Shown: positions 37,701 through 47,094 of the stretch, one piece after another
How the letters are laid out: each line of letters begins with the position of its first letter
Numbering within the stretch: the stretch's first letter is position 1
Virus record (IMG/VR): IMGVR_UViG_3300005538_000014
Location: 1-57,559 of that record
DNA length: 57,559 nucleotides
Reading direction: 5' to 3' (one strand)
DNA from: a virus
Taxonomy: Duplodnaviria; Caudoviricetes
Translations under genes and position numbers: made by a program
The notes under the pieces: model-generated
What the model saw: only the letters and a program-made list of their open reading frames with translations
Told to the model about the DNA's origin: nothing
Database searches by the model: none

Positions 37701-40680
37701 CGAGGTCGACGTCATTCAACGATTCGCGGCTGACAATGATGAAATCATAATCGTTCTGTGTGATGTCGTGCCATTTGCGGTTCCGCTCCGCGGCCGAGTC
37801 GTCCTTGCCTACCAGCTTCCCGCTTGCGTCGCGCGAGAACGTCGAGCCGATGGTCATGACCGAACAGCCAGGGAACCACGCTTGCGCTTCTGCCAGCCAG
37901 TTTGCGAGAACCGACTTTGGCACGCTGATAATCGGACGCTTCGCAATGCCAGAGGCTTTCGCGAGCCGTACAATGATCAAGCCGCGCGGAGTCTTGCCGA
38001 GGCCAACGTCCGCGGCGATGATACCCTTCTGCGCGTCAAGCGCCCACCGCACGCCTTCGTACTGGTATCCGTTCAGCTTGCGGTCGTCGGACAGGCCGGG
38101 AATCTCAATCGGCTCTTGGGAGTGAACCTTGTTGCGCCAGCCGCGGAATTTGCGATTGTAGAGGTTCTCCACCTCATCGCGGTATTTCGAGCCGCAGAGC
38201 CACGCGTGGAACTCCTCATTCCACTTGTTGACCTTCGGCCAATCCTCCTGCTTCACGCCGCGGCGGTTCAGGTATTTGTCCAGAAGATCAGAATTGAAAT
38301 CGCCGCCGTTGACGAGGAAGATTCCCTTCTCGAATTTCAGCGTGAGCGGCGGCCGGTCCGCGCGCCACGAGTCGCCGTTCGCGATCTTCTCGGCTCGCCG
38401 CTCGTTGAAGAATGCCGCGACGATATTGAGCGGAATGAAGCCGCTCGCCAGCGTGAAATCGACATCATCAAGCCCGCGCGGGTCGATAGCAGCTTCGAGC
38501 GCGCTCTTCTGCTTTTCGAGCTTCGCGCGATCTTCCGGTTTGAGTTCCGTGCCAGCCAGCGCGGCCGTGATCAGGTCGAATTTCGGCCAGAGGTTTCCGG
38601 TAAGGTACGTGTCCATCGTGGTCCACGTACCGTCAGGATTCATCGCAAAGTTCTGCGACGCGTAGAGGTGGTCAAGCGCCTGTTCGGCGTCGCCGCCAGA
38701 CCACGAGGCCGCTACTTGTTCCGGGGTGAAAGTGCCGAACTTTACCGCAAGGTGCTGCGCGGCTGCATCGAATGTGGATTCCAACTCGCGCGGCTTTACA
38801 CCGAGCACGGTATCCGAAAGCGTGCCATCCGGCTTCACAGCGCCGATGAGCCGGAAAAGCTGCTTGTCCGACTGTGCAGCAATCATAAGGTTCGGATTTT
38901 TCGACGGCACGCCGTACTGTTCGACGTAGGCTTTCACGCGGGCGGCGAGGTCCGGCACCTCTTTACCCTGCATCGCCAATTCGATGAGCGGCGCGAGTTC
39001 CTGTGCCGAGGTAATGCCTTGCGACTGCATCACCTCATCGAGGCGGTGCCAGCGGAGCGGGTTGCCCTCCAAGATGTACGTGACGCCATCGACAACCTTG
39101 GTATCGCCTCGCTCAGCGTGGTCGTACGGGCGTCGCAGGCTCGCGGCCTTCACCTTGGCCTGCATCTTTTCATCGCCGCCAACGGCGTTCAGGATGTCGA
39201 CGAGGCTGAAATCGCGATAGCCTGGCGTCTCCGGTTTGAACGCCGCGATTGCTTCCGGCACGCCGTCCATGGAGCCTTCAACGGTGATGTCGTTGCCCAT
39301 CCCGGCTTTCGCGCGCCAGCCCTCGGTCATGGTGCCAAGGATGTTCTTTGCGCCGCGGCCATAGAAATATGAACCGGACAGATACTCGTCGTCCCACACG
39401 CCGAGCTTTTGCAGCACGTCCCGCGGCACCACCATGAGCGCCTGTGCCACGTCCTCTGGACGCTTTTTGAAGAACACGAGGTCTGTGACGACTTGCGTGT
39501 GTGAGTGCTTGAACGCCGTGTTCGGCATGCGGATCGCGCCGACGAAATCGGCTTTGCGGAGGAGCCGCTCGCGCAGGGCACGATTGTTCTTGCCGTCGAG
39601 GACGCCGGTCGGAACGATCATCGCGACCATGCCTCCCGGCTTGGTCTTATCGATGGCGGTGTCCAGAAAGTACCCTTCCGCATTCGGAAGGTTCGGTTTG
39701 TCCTCTTTGATCAAAGCGCCACGGAGGCCGAACGGCGCGTTGCCAATTACCGCATCGAATTGTCGCGTGTCGCGGATCGCGAAATCTTCAAGGCTCTCGC
39801 TCTGGATTTCATCGCTCGGGTGCAGAATGGCCGCGATTTCAGAACTGACCGGATCAATTTCGACACCAACGGCATGCACGCCGGCTGGCTTCGTCGCCAA
39901 GAACACTCCCGTCGCACAACTCGGCTCCAAGATTTCCGCGCCCTCGGGAAGGCCCGCATTGCGAAGCACGTACCAGGCCGCGGCCGCGACCTTTGGATCG
40001 GTGTAGAACTCGTTGAGGCTGTCACCGCAGCCACCGTTGCCGCTGTACTGCGACAACTGCCGACGAACTTGCGCGGTGAACTCTTGATGGTTTCGCAGGA
40101 TCCCGATGCACTTGTCATTGATCTCGCGTCGCTTCGATTCTGTCGTGCCAGCGGGCACGCCCCACGCTGGCACGTCCGCAGGATTAAACGGTTCGTTGAA
40201 ATCGATGGCAGCGAGAACATCGCGCGCGTACTTGGCCGCGACAGGAGACGCCGACGAATTACCGATCATTCCCGGCCGCGGCGGGTTTTCGTGCGCCTCG
40301 ATCGCCTCCTTGAGCGACTCCTTGTCGCCATCCTTGCCAAGTTGCTCAATGAGCGCGAGTTCGGATTGGAGAGGCTCGGCCGTAACTGGCTTGCCGTTGT
40401 GCGGATTCTTCGGGCGCTCTGGAATTTTGCGCTTTGGCTCTTTCTTCTCCGGCGCGGCGGCGGCCGGACGCGAGAACAGGTCCGGCTCCTCTTTCTTTGC
40501 GCGCTTCTCCGGCGCTGGCTCGGGCTTTGCTACCGGCTTCGGCTTCGCTGGCTCTTGCGGGCGCACGCGACGAATGCCGAACGTGGGCTTGCGAACGACG
40601 CCCTCTCGCGTGGTGGAACCGGCGATTGGGACGAGTTTTTCAAAGAGGCCGATCTGCTCGGCTTTCAGGACGATCAGCAT
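34660..40680 (-). CDS. DarB-like N6-adenine methyltransferase/SNF2 helicase fusion (2006 aa)
   Basis: EFYTD, ILEPSCATGVF, VIGNAPF (MTase); ADVGLGKT, VDEAHAYKN, LTATP, MGEGVNLQ, QRNGRGLRQGN (helicase), the architecture of P1 DarB. Confidence 0.9.
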   Translation of the reverse strand: MLIVLKAEQIGLFEKLVPIAGSTTREGVVRKPTFGIRRVRPQEPAKPKPVAKPEPAPEKRAKKEEPDLFSRPAAAAPEKKEPKRKIPERPKNPHNGKPVTAEPLQSELALIEQLGKDGDKESLKEAIEAHENPPRPGMIGNSSASPVAAKYARDVLAAIDFNEPFNPADVPAWGVPAGTTESKRREINDKCIGILRNHQEFTAQVRRQLSQYSGNGGCGDSLNEFYTDPKVAAAAWYVLRNAGLPEGAEILEPSCATGVFLATKPAGVHAVGVEIDPVSSEIAAILHPSDEIQSESLEDFAIRDTRQFDAVIGNAPFGLRGALIKEDKPNLPNAEGYFLDTAIDKTKPGGMVAMIVPTGVLDGKNNRALRERLLRKADFVGAIRMPNTAFKHSHTQVVTDLVFFKKRPEDVAQALMVVPRDVLQKLGVWDDEYLSGSYFYGRGAKNILGTMTEGWRAKAGMGNDITVEGSMDGVPEAIAAFKPETPGYRDFSLVDILNAVGGDEKMQAKVKAASLRRPYDHAERGDTKVVDGVTYILEGNPLRWHRLDEVMQSQGITSAQELAPLIELAMQGKEVPDLAARVKAYVEQYGVPSKNPNLMIAAQSDKQLFRLIGAVKPDGTLSDTVLGVKPRELESTFDAAAQHLAVKFGTFTPEQVAASWSGGDAEQALDHLYASQNFAMNPDGTWTTMDTYLTGNLWPKFDLITAALAGTELKPEDRAKLEKQKSALEAAIDPRGLDDVDFTLASGFIPLNIVAAFFNERRAEKIANGDSWRADRPPLTLKFEKGIFLVNGGDFNSDLLDKYLNRRGVKQEDWPKVNKWNEEFHAWLCGSKYRDEVENLYNRKFRGWRNKVHSQEPIEIPGLSDDRKLNGYQYEGVRWALDAQKGIIAADVGLGKTPRGLIIVRLAKASGIAKRPIISVPKSVLANWLAEAQAWFPGCSVMTIGSTFSRDASGKLVGKDDSAAERNRKWHDITQNDYDFIIVSRESLNDVDLDPAIKAQYAAEDFWAQRKASLNAEKEEALQRRADHGDWEARTKLEKKMEEQHAQSVAKRDFQRRTDAIYFNELGVDMLMVDEAHAYKNLFEARDRFGQSPLFLGGSGLSKRALDMDFKAKWVRSQQGGNNVYLLTATPTKNSPLEVYSMLHHVAPEAFEKIGIRNSEEFLDRFCEFREENVLGIDGGIYRRLVTVGFKNMDELRDIMRQYIDRKTAEDVGLVLPKRDERMHLVDMTPQQQAVYEQLREEAREAAGKRDAKGEEHIFSVIRRMMNAAMDLEMYDGEKYKGAISPKYDAAVTEIVNGAKDGGQVVFAEDLAVHDKLRDALIKGGIPAEQIAIINAQVAPSAAKRQNICDDFNAGKIKVVIGNTPTMGEGVNLQKGTTDIHHMDLPWTPAAIQQRNGRGLRQGNLKEAVRIHTYLAKGSFDGYYYQTVSAKKDWQDMLWNGGDRIENLERGKPSRDEMMIMLATNPDEARARFESDKTAALQRYEAEQRENAAAEFVKLQKKKQSYAALKNKDTISAKKLAVQIDRTRESLQNNPHFTAKHALDATTPVIVHPHTGAALERGVGFEIPEGHDAAGKWVIKVVHPGDSESPVIARPYGDTGNSIPFELATLAHAKTFHYNEEEEKKEFERKAAAEAENEVDEAATMEEVSRLPESVVEKHYDSLQARLKEGLKAYRWSANKLPLVPKGGGAAVIANGYEAKEMLDTHDFMLPSEANKKAAIAAFIADERAKDFAVESTPDYGRRGKRGRNETPRLKAKYPGEYGASSNRWLDAGRAVFGSTFEKEAESQFEAAQNAAARHAKSLPEAISAVVPTVEVGYDGVPRWSKKGLAILWAHAKREGKLDAPLASVIPQRGGTGWASTQPKYPAQMFSGSFHEKSYSYYGGSWSYNTRIKQGEKMTVREALSMLSHSAGHHDLSAAMLASSNDPQEAVRTLLSMPPTPKVLSAIAHLAAKHPEIARARVGSIYENMKHENADRAAMTVKEYAESDATDEEDGNDNESDERLAA

Positions 40681-40693
40681 GACGCGACTATCC

Positions 40694-40700
40694 CGTCACG
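40694..40700 (-). promoter_or_regulatory. late-promoter motif (CGTGACG-G-GATAGT-N6-ATG)
   Basis: 13 nt before ATG 40680. Confidence 0.75.
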
Positions 40701-40726
40701 TCATGCCGATAGCCTTACCGTTCTTC

Positions 40727-40966
40727 TTACTTTTTCGGGGCTGGCTTCTGCGATGCGGCGTACTGCCGATTGATTTCCCCGACAATTTCGTTGGCGTCGC
40801 GGGCCGACAGCGCCGTGCTGTTCTGGACCGAGCGAACGACGCCAACCCAATCCTGCACTGGCAGGGTAACCGTCAGTGTGGGCGGAGGAGGCGGCGTCGT
40901 AGGAGCGTCGGCCAGGGCTGGCACGGCCAGCGATGCGAGCACAACAAATGCAAGAAACGACCTCAT
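40727..40966 (-). CDS. small secreted protein (79 aa)
   Basis: MRSFLAFVVLASLAVPALA-D signal peptide; AAGGAAA RBS upstream. Confidence 0.7.
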   Translation of the reverse strand: MRSFLAFVVLASLAVPALADAPTTPPPPPTLTVTLPVQDWVGVVRSVQNSTALSARDANEIVGEINRQYAASQKPAPKK

Positions 40967-41034
40967 TGCGTGGCACTTTCCTTTTCGATTGAGCGTCCCA
41001 TTTACGCCACCCCCCTGCCGACAGCCTGACTGTT

Positions 41035-44000
41035 TTACCGGCAGATGACGTTCAGATTGTAAACGATGGACGCCGTGAGCGCCGACGATGTGTTGCTGAT
41101 TGAAACTCCGGTCGTGGTGGACGACACGTCGAACTTTGAAATCGCGGTTGCCGTGTTCCCACCAACGGCAGCAAAGACGCAAACCGGCGCAGTGCTGAAC
41201 GTACCGTTGTTGAAGGCCAGCGTGAAGATCGTTGACGAGGCAACCGGACTCGAACCCTCGGTGAAATTGATATTGAACGCCTGGTCGTCGCCAGTGACGG
41301 AATTGCACGTCGGCGACGTTCCCGCCGATGTACCGAACGTGACGTTGCTGCACGCTTGCGCGGTGCCGCCCTCAATTTCGTGCCCGGTGTGAGTCAACGT
41401 GGTGAACGTGCCGGCCGCCGCCGCCGCGCCACCAATCGCAGGCGGTGACGCAAGGTAGGACGAGAAGCCTGACCCGGACACGGTGCCCGACGCAGACAGG
41501 CTTGTGAATGAGCCAGCCGCGGGCGTGGTGCCCCCAATGATCGAGCCGTTGATGCCGCCAGACCCCCACGTACCCGAATCCGTGCCAGTGAATGTGCCGG
41601 ATTCGAGAACCATGCCAGTCGACTTGACGCGCAGGATTTCGAGTGTTGCCCCCGCGTTATCGGCGCACAGCGAAATGTCGCCCGGCGTATCGCCACAGAT
41701 TCCGGCATGAACGTCAGTGCGGTCAGGGAAGAAGGTCGCTTGGGTCGACGACATCCCAACAGCGCCGTCGAAGGTAGGCCCGTGCGCCGCCTGAGCCTGA
41801 ATGACGTTCGCGCCAGTGACGGACTTATTATTGAAGGAAGAAGATGCGCCGAGCGTAAACCCTGACGAACCCCACGAACCGCCATCCGCGAACGTAACCG
41901 TTCCCGTCATGGTGCCGCCCGAAAGGTGCAACAGCGGCGAGCACGTTACAGCGAGTGTGTTGGCGGTCGAGCAGTCGCCAGAGAGGTTTCCGTTCGTGAT
42001 CGAGCTTGCACCCGAGAACGCTGCAAGCTCGCCAGAGGCGGGAGTGCCGGTAGTGGTTACTGTACCGCTTCCGCCGCCGCCAGTCCCAACGGCAACGCCC
42101 TGGACGTAAATGGCCTGCGCGTTGATGGATCCCGCGCCTTTATCGCCGCCCGTAGGCGAGCCAACCGTTACACCGCCATCGTTGTGTTGGCAGAGGCCAT
42201 CGGCAATGGTCGTAGACCCGGATGGTACAGTGGCAAGACACGCTTCGCCCGGCCAACTGGTCGAGCTAAAAGCTCCCTCTGCGTACAGATGCAGAGCGGC
42301 CGCGAGTCCCGTGTGACCCGTCGTTGTGTCGTATTGACCGGCACCGTTGATGTCAGCAAGCAAGTCGCCAGATTGAACGGCCGTTGGGGATGCAACCGTA
42401 CCGTCAGCCCGCGTGCCGCTAAAAAATGCGGTCGCGGCATAGGCGTCCATTTCCACCCGCGATGGAGACCCTGCCTGGCTTGCACCCTGCAACAACGCCC
42501 CACTCTTGGCCGTTGGGAGATTTTGGCTGCCGAGCGTCACCGTCCCGTTACCTGCCGGCGCGAGGTTGATGCTCCCCACAATGCTGCCATGCGTGTTCGA
42601 CGTGGACTTTACGGACAAGTCACCGTAATCAACCACTGTGCTCGTCGAGTCCTCGCCAAGGCCCTGTACGTCCAACATTGTCCCGCTGGTAAGGGCGCTA
42701 CCGGCCTTGATGACGCCAGTGCCAAACTGATTGGTCCAATTCACGAAGGCGTCGGTAAAGTTTCCGGAGAACCTTGAGCCATCGACAAAGCTGCCCCCGA
42801 ACACGACACTGGCGGAGCTTGACACCGTGCCGGTGAGCGGGAGCGTCAGGTTCACAAGGGTTGAACCCGTGATTGAGCCGCACTCGGATCGCTGATGCGA
42901 CGCGTCGCACTGATAGACGGAGGCAACCGTCTCACCAGTCGGGATTCCGGCCACGCCGGTTACAGTCTGCCCGGTATTGATATTCTTGCCGAGCGTGAAG
43001 AGCATGTACGATTGGCCGGACGGCGCGGAGACCGATGGCGAGTACGTCAGCGAGCCAGCAACGGCGTCAAAGCAGCCGATGGTTTCGCCGCCATCGCACT
43101 TGAAGGCTTCATCGAAATAGCCGAACTCTCCGCCAGCGGCAGTGACCCCCGGAATTGGAGACATCGTGGCGGCGATGATTCCGTTGATGATGTGCGCCGG
43201 GTTCTGGCCGACATATTGCGCGTTCGCGCCGCCCGGCCTCATCCTTACAATGTACCCAAACGACGCCGGGTTCGCGCTCGGGCCACCCTCGGCGACGATG
43301 AGGTCTTCGACAAGGCGGCTCAGGCCGGTATCCTGATCTTCGGCAACAACGTCCTCTTCGACGCCGACGCACGCGCCGGCTGTAAGAGAGGGAAGCCCGG
43401 TCTGATCGTTGCACAGGATATTGCCACCCTCGATAATGGCCGTGCTCGGCGCGTTCTTAAACACGTAGCCATTTGCGCCGTTACAGGTCTGAGCCGAGGA
43501 GGTTTGGGTGGTGTAAACCTGGCACGTTCCTTGGTTCGCGATAGAGGACGACTGCGGCGTGCTGTTGCTCGCGTTGATGATGTTGATCGGCTCGTTCGAG
43601 TAGAGCGGCGCAATCGTCGCGAGCGTAAGGGTGAGTTGGCCCGTAGTGTAGGCCGCCACGGTGTCACCGTTGGGAATGCCGGGGCCGTACACCGCCTGAC
43701 CGACAGCAATGTTCACGTTCGCAGTAATTCCGAACGGTCCGGTAGTGCCAGTCGCGACATAGCCGTTCGGCTTGACGGTTACACCCTTTCCCACGGTGAT
43801 CGTCGACCAGAGACACTCATCGAGAACACCGGACCCGCCAGTGTAGTAATCCTGGCGGTCGCAAACCATGTTCGGCAAGCCACCGGACACAGACTCCGTG
43901 ATCCAGCTTCCGAACGGATTGGTGAACCACGACCGAGAGGTGTCGCCGGACGCCTTGGCACCAATACCAGCGAAATCGCCGTTCGAGTTCTTGACGTGCA

Positions 44001-45051
44001 GCGCGCCAGTGCCGTCGAGGTACAGATTTCCGACAGCGGTTGTCGGGACGGTCAGGCCGCCGACCATGGTGAGGCCGCTCGCCGAACTCCATGTCGAGCC
44101 GTCCGGCATCGCAATCGCGCCCGTGAATGACGGCGAATTGAGTGGCGCGAGTGCGGAGAGAGCAACAGTCGAATCGACGACGTTGCCGTTCGCGTCGTAC
44201 TTTGGAACGTCTCCGGTCGTGGTCGTGCCAGTGGCAAGCTGAACCTTGCTGCCATTGCCCTGTGCGCCAGTGACGCCCGAGAGGATGGAGTCGATGTTCG
44301 CGACGAAAGACGCCGCGATCCCACTGTCAACGACGTTGCCGCTTGCGTCGTACTTGGAGAGGTCGCCGGACGTAGGCGTGCCGCTACCAAGCTGAATCTT
44401 CGGACCATTGCCCTGCGCTCCGGTGATGGCCGAGAGGTTGACCGCACCGCTATTCAGGGAGCCGACACGAACAGTGCATCCCGAATTTGTGACATCGCCA
44501 AGCAACGTCGGAATCTGTCCACACCCAAGCAGGCCGCCGAGACCGGCGATGTTTGGCTGCGCCCACGCCAAGGAGCCATCGCCATTGATGCCGGTAACGA
44601 ACTCGTTTGGAGGGGCCGATTGAAGGAACACGCCACCAAGGGTCGTTGTGCCCGGAGGGGATGGAGGCGCAGCGGTCTGAGGCGCGAAGGCGAGCGTACC
44701 ATCGCTGTTCACTCCGGTGACAACTTGGCCCGGAGGCGCGGATTGCGCGTAAACGCCGCCACGCGTGCTCGCGCTCGGCGGGTTCACGCTGGACGGCCGC
44801 ATCACATAAGCGTTGTTGCCAGCGTCATGAATGCAGTTCACGCCGTCGTCGACACAGCCCGCGCCGTAATAGGCGTAATAGACGCCAGCAATGTTGACGA
44901 GCGGCGTCTCGTTATAATTGTGCGTTCGGAATGCCGCGATCGATGGGATAACGTATTGCGGCTGAATTTGCGCGACGGCGGCCGACGCAAGAAAACATGC
45001 CGCAATGGCGAGGGCGGGGCGCGTGAAAGCGCGGCGGAGCGTTTCGAGCAT
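41035..45051 (-). CDS. 1338-aa fibre/adhesin-like protein with N-terminal signal peptide
   Basis: MLETLRRAFTRPALAIAACFLASAAVA-Q; Gly/Ser/Thr-rich; APLNSPSFTG fibre motif; internal duplicated units; many paired Cys. Confidence 0.75.
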   Translation of the reverse strand: MLETLRRAFTRPALAIAACFLASAAVAQIQPQYVIPSIAAFRTHNYNETPLVNIAGVYYAYYGAGCVDDGVNCIHDAGNNAYVMRPSSVNPPSASTRGGVYAQSAPPGQVVTGVNSDGTLAFAPQTAAPPSPPGTTTLGGVFLQSAPPNEFVTGINGDGSLAWAQPNIAGLGGLLGCGQIPTLLGDVTNSGCTVRVGSLNSGAVNLSAITGAQGNGPKIQLGSGTPTSGDLSKYDASGNVVDSGIAASFVANIDSILSGVTGAQGNGSKVQLATGTTTTGDVPKYDANGNVVDSTVALSALAPLNSPSFTGAIAMPDGSTWSSASGLTMVGGLTVPTTAVGNLYLDGTGALHVKNSNGDFAGIGAKASGDTSRSWFTNPFGSWITESVSGGLPNMVCDRQDYYTGGSGVLDECLWSTITVGKGVTVKPNGYVATGTTGPFGITANVNIAVGQAVYGPGIPNGDTVAAYTTGQLTLTLATIAPLYSNEPINIINASNSTPQSSSIANQGTCQVYTTQTSSAQTCNGANGYVFKNAPSTAIIEGGNILCNDQTGLPSLTAGACVGVEEDVVAEDQDTGLSRLVEDLIVAEGGPSANPASFGYIVRMRPGGANAQYVGQNPAHIINGIIAATMSPIPGVTAAGGEFGYFDEAFKCDGGETIGCFDAVAGSLTYSPSVSAPSGQSYMLFTLGKNINTGQTVTGVAGIPTGETVASVYQCDASHQRSECGSITGSTLVNLTLPLTGTVSSSASVVFGGSFVDGSRFSGNFTDAFVNWTNQFGTGVIKAGSALTSGTMLDVQGLGEDSTSTVVDYGDLSVKSTSNTHGSIVGSINLAPAGNGTVTLGSQNLPTAKSGALLQGASQAGSPSRVEMDAYAATAFFSGTRADGTVASPTAVQSGDLLADINGAGQYDTTTGHTGLAAALHLYAEGAFSSTSWPGEACLATVPSGSTTIADGLCQHNDGGVTVGSPTGGDKGAGSINAQAIYVQGVAVGTGGGGSGTVTTTGTPASGELAAFSGASSITNGNLSGDCSTANTLAVTCSPLLHLSGGTMTGTVTFADGGSWGSSGFTLGASSSFNNKSVTGANVIQAQAAHGPTFDGAVGMSSTQATFFPDRTDVHAGICGDTPGDISLCADNAGATLEILRVKSTGMVLESGTFTGTDSGTWGSGGINGSIIGGTTPAAGSFTSLSASGTVSGSGFSSYLASPPAIGGAAAAAGTFTTLTHTGHEIEGGTAQACSNVTFGTSAGTSPTCNSVTGDDQAFNINFTEGSSPVASSTIFTLAFNNGTFSTAPVCVFAAVGGNTATAISKFDVSSTTTGVSISNTSSALTASIVYNLNVICR

Positions 45052-45064
45052 GCCGAAACGCTAC

Positions 45065-45071
45065 CGTCACG
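45065..45071 (-). promoter_or_regulatory. late-promoter motif (CGTGACG-G-TAGCGT-N6-ATG)
   Basis: 13 nt before ATG 45051. Confidence 0.75.
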
Positions 45072-45075
45072 ACGA

Positions 45076-46425
45076 TTAGACGTAGATCAGTTGAATGTCT
45101 CCATCACCGGCAGCTACCGCGGTCGTATCCGAGTCGGCATACGCCTTCGTGATGCCAATGCCAATGCCTGTTACGCCAAGCTGAAAGGCGGCGGCCCCGG
45201 CGATGTCCGCCATCCCCACTTGCGTCCCTGGCGCAAGCCCAATTGTCAGTACAGGGGTATCGGTACCAACTGTCGGTGCCGTGCTTTTGTTGTAGAACTT
45301 GAAATAGATTTCGTAGGCGGCGCGGTTACGCAAATAGCCGCCACAGATCGTGCCGCGGGCTGCTTTGACCAACGTACCGTTTGTCGATGCCGCAGCCGTC
45401 AAACGAAAAATCGTGAGCGGCGCGGCGGCGCTCGCAATGGGACCCAATGTAACAGACCCCATTGTCGTTGTCGCCAAGATGTTCGCACCAACAAGATTGA
45501 CAGCCAAAGCCTTGCTAAGATTGTTGTCCCCTTCGGCAGTCGAAACTTGTACGCGTTGTTCATAGTTGTCGATCACGATAATGCGCTGGATGGTGACCGT
45601 CGTGTTCGACGCCGGAGCGCCGCTGTTCAAGAAGCGGATCAAGAGCTTGTAGAGCTTTTGATCATTCGGGCACTGCGTCGAGACGCGCGAGCCGCCAGCC
45701 AGTTTGCCAGCGAGCGCGTCGACCGCCGCGGTCTGCGCGGTGATGTCTCGGCTGTCGATCTCGATCAAGCATTCCTGCGCCGCGGTCCATGCGGAAGCAA
45801 CGCCGGTAACGCCCGAGGCTACGGAGCTAGAACTGTCGGCAACGGCCTCGCAATGATAGGCAGTAGTGGTGGTGGTGCCGCCGAACTGTACGCCGCCGCG
45901 ATTGGTGAAATCACCTGCCAGATTTGGATTGAGCAGCGGAACCAAAGTTGCCGGGTCGACCTCAACAAGGCCAACGAAGATAGAATTGGCAGCAAGCGCC
46001 TGCGATTTCGACAAAATGACAAGGATGTCCTCCTTGCCGGCGAACGCCTGCTTTGACAGATACCACCGCTCGGCACTCGCGGTCGTATTCATAGAGACTG
46101 CGAGGCCGCTGTTCGACACCGCATCCGTCATGCCCGTGACGCCAGAGCCGATGGCAGCTTGCGCCAGAATGCCGTATCCAAGGTTCACATTCGCGCCGAG
46201 GCCGCCGTCAAGCACATCCCACTTAGTGGGATCGATGGCGCTGCCGCCAAAATCGTCCGAGAACAACGCCTCTTCCGTCGTATTCGTCTGGACGAGGGTG
46301 CCGCGCGGACTATGATATTGCGCTACGCCAGGGCCGAGGGATACCTTCTCGGAGAAGGTGCCATCGCCGTTATCGTGGAAGCTGCGATTGATGCCTTGGG
46401 CAATGCCCGGAGCCGACTGATCCAT
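45076..46425 (-). CDS. putative structural beta-rich protein
   Basis: LFSDDFGG...IDPTKW lectin-like start; C-terminal AASTNGTLVKA...FKFYNKSTAPTVGTDTP domain; RBS AAGGGA. Confidence 0.6.
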   Translation of the reverse strand: MDQSAPGIAQGINRSFHDNGDGTFSEKVSLGPGVAQYHSPRGTLVQTNTTEEALFSDDFGGSAIDPTKWDVLDGGLGANVNLGYGILAQAAIGSGVTGMTDAVSNSGLAVSMNTTASAERWYLSKQAFAGKEDILVILSKSQALAANSIFVGLVEVDPATLVPLLNPNLAGDFTNRGGVQFGGTTTTTAYHCEAVADSSSSVASGVTGVASAWTAAQECLIEIDSRDITAQTAAVDALAGKLAGGSRVSTQCPNDQKLYKLLIRFLNSGAPASNTTVTIQRIIVIDNYEQRVQVSTAEGDNNLSKALAVNLVGANILATTTMGSVTLGPIASAAAPLTIFRLTAAASTNGTLVKAARGTICGGYLRNRAAYEIYFKFYNKSTAPTVGTDTPVLTIGLAPGTQVGMADIAGAAAFQLGVTGIGIGITKAYADSDTTAVAAGDGDIQLIYV

Positions 46426-46445
46426 TTTCCCTTTACCCTAAGATG

Positions 46446-47072
46446 TCAGCGCATCTTCGCGTCACGCCGATACTCTTCGATGGCGCGCTTAGCGTCAGGG
46501 TGCAGCGGGTGCTCTCTGCTCACCGAGGTATTGCGTGATGGAACGTGATCGAAAAGGCCCGGCACCTCGGAGAGTTCGTGGTACGTTTTGAAACCGTAGC
46601 CGCGCATGACTCCGCCAGTGGGGCCGCGGAGGCGGTGTTTCCATTTCTCGCCACCGTGATAACCTGGTTCCAACATTTCTTTGTAGTAGCCGCCAGCCAG
46701 CATGACATCGAGAGCGGATTTCGCCTTCTTCGACAGACCCTCGATTCGTTTATGCAGACCTTCGACACCACTAGAGCCGAAGCGCGACGGGGGCGGCAGT
46801 GCGGCATCTGTGCATGGGTAGCGATGGTCGTACATATTCCCACACCTTGGGCACGGTTCCGGCTCACGCCGAAAGGCGAACAAGTCTTCCTGCTTGCTGT
46901 CAGGCTTCTTGCCGCGCTTGAACGCAACAACAACGCGCTTCTCACTCATGGAACCGTCAGATTCCATGACGTGCATCTTTTTGCTTTTGTGATTCTCGTA
47001 ACCGAGCACCATTCGGCCGGAACGGATATATGGCGCGACCAGCGATTTCGCGATGACTACGACGGTTTTCAT
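46446..47072 (-). CDS. hypothetical protein, probable head cargo
   Basis: Likely start MKTVVVIAKSLVAPYIRSGRMV; CPRC motif; variant promoter motif CGTGATC at 47088-47094. Confidence 0.55.
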   Translation of the reverse strand: MKTVVVIAKSLVAPYIRSGRMVLGYENHKSKKMHVMESDGSMSEKRVVVAFKRGKKPDSKQEDLFAFRREPEPCPRCGNMYDHRYPCTDAALPPPSRFGSSGVEGLHKRIEGLSKKAKSALDVMLAGGYYKEMLEPGYHGGEKWKHRLRGPTGGVMRGYGFKTYHELSEVPGLFDHVPSRNTSVSREHPLHPDAKRAIEEYRRDAKMR

Positions 47073-47094
47073 TGGCCCCACCATTACGATCACG

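Noticed and set aside
35284-39372. 1362-aa + strand ORF, and similar long + ORFs at 32255-34360, 30623-32179, 25173-26774, 15603-17075 and 13053-14636
   Set aside because: They are antisense shadows of well-supported - strand genes in GC-rich DNA and show no recognisable motifs
29804-40680. Inteins or introns explaining the size of the giant helicases
   Set aside because: Helicase motifs appear in normal order and I saw no intein splice-junction or homing-endonuclease motifs
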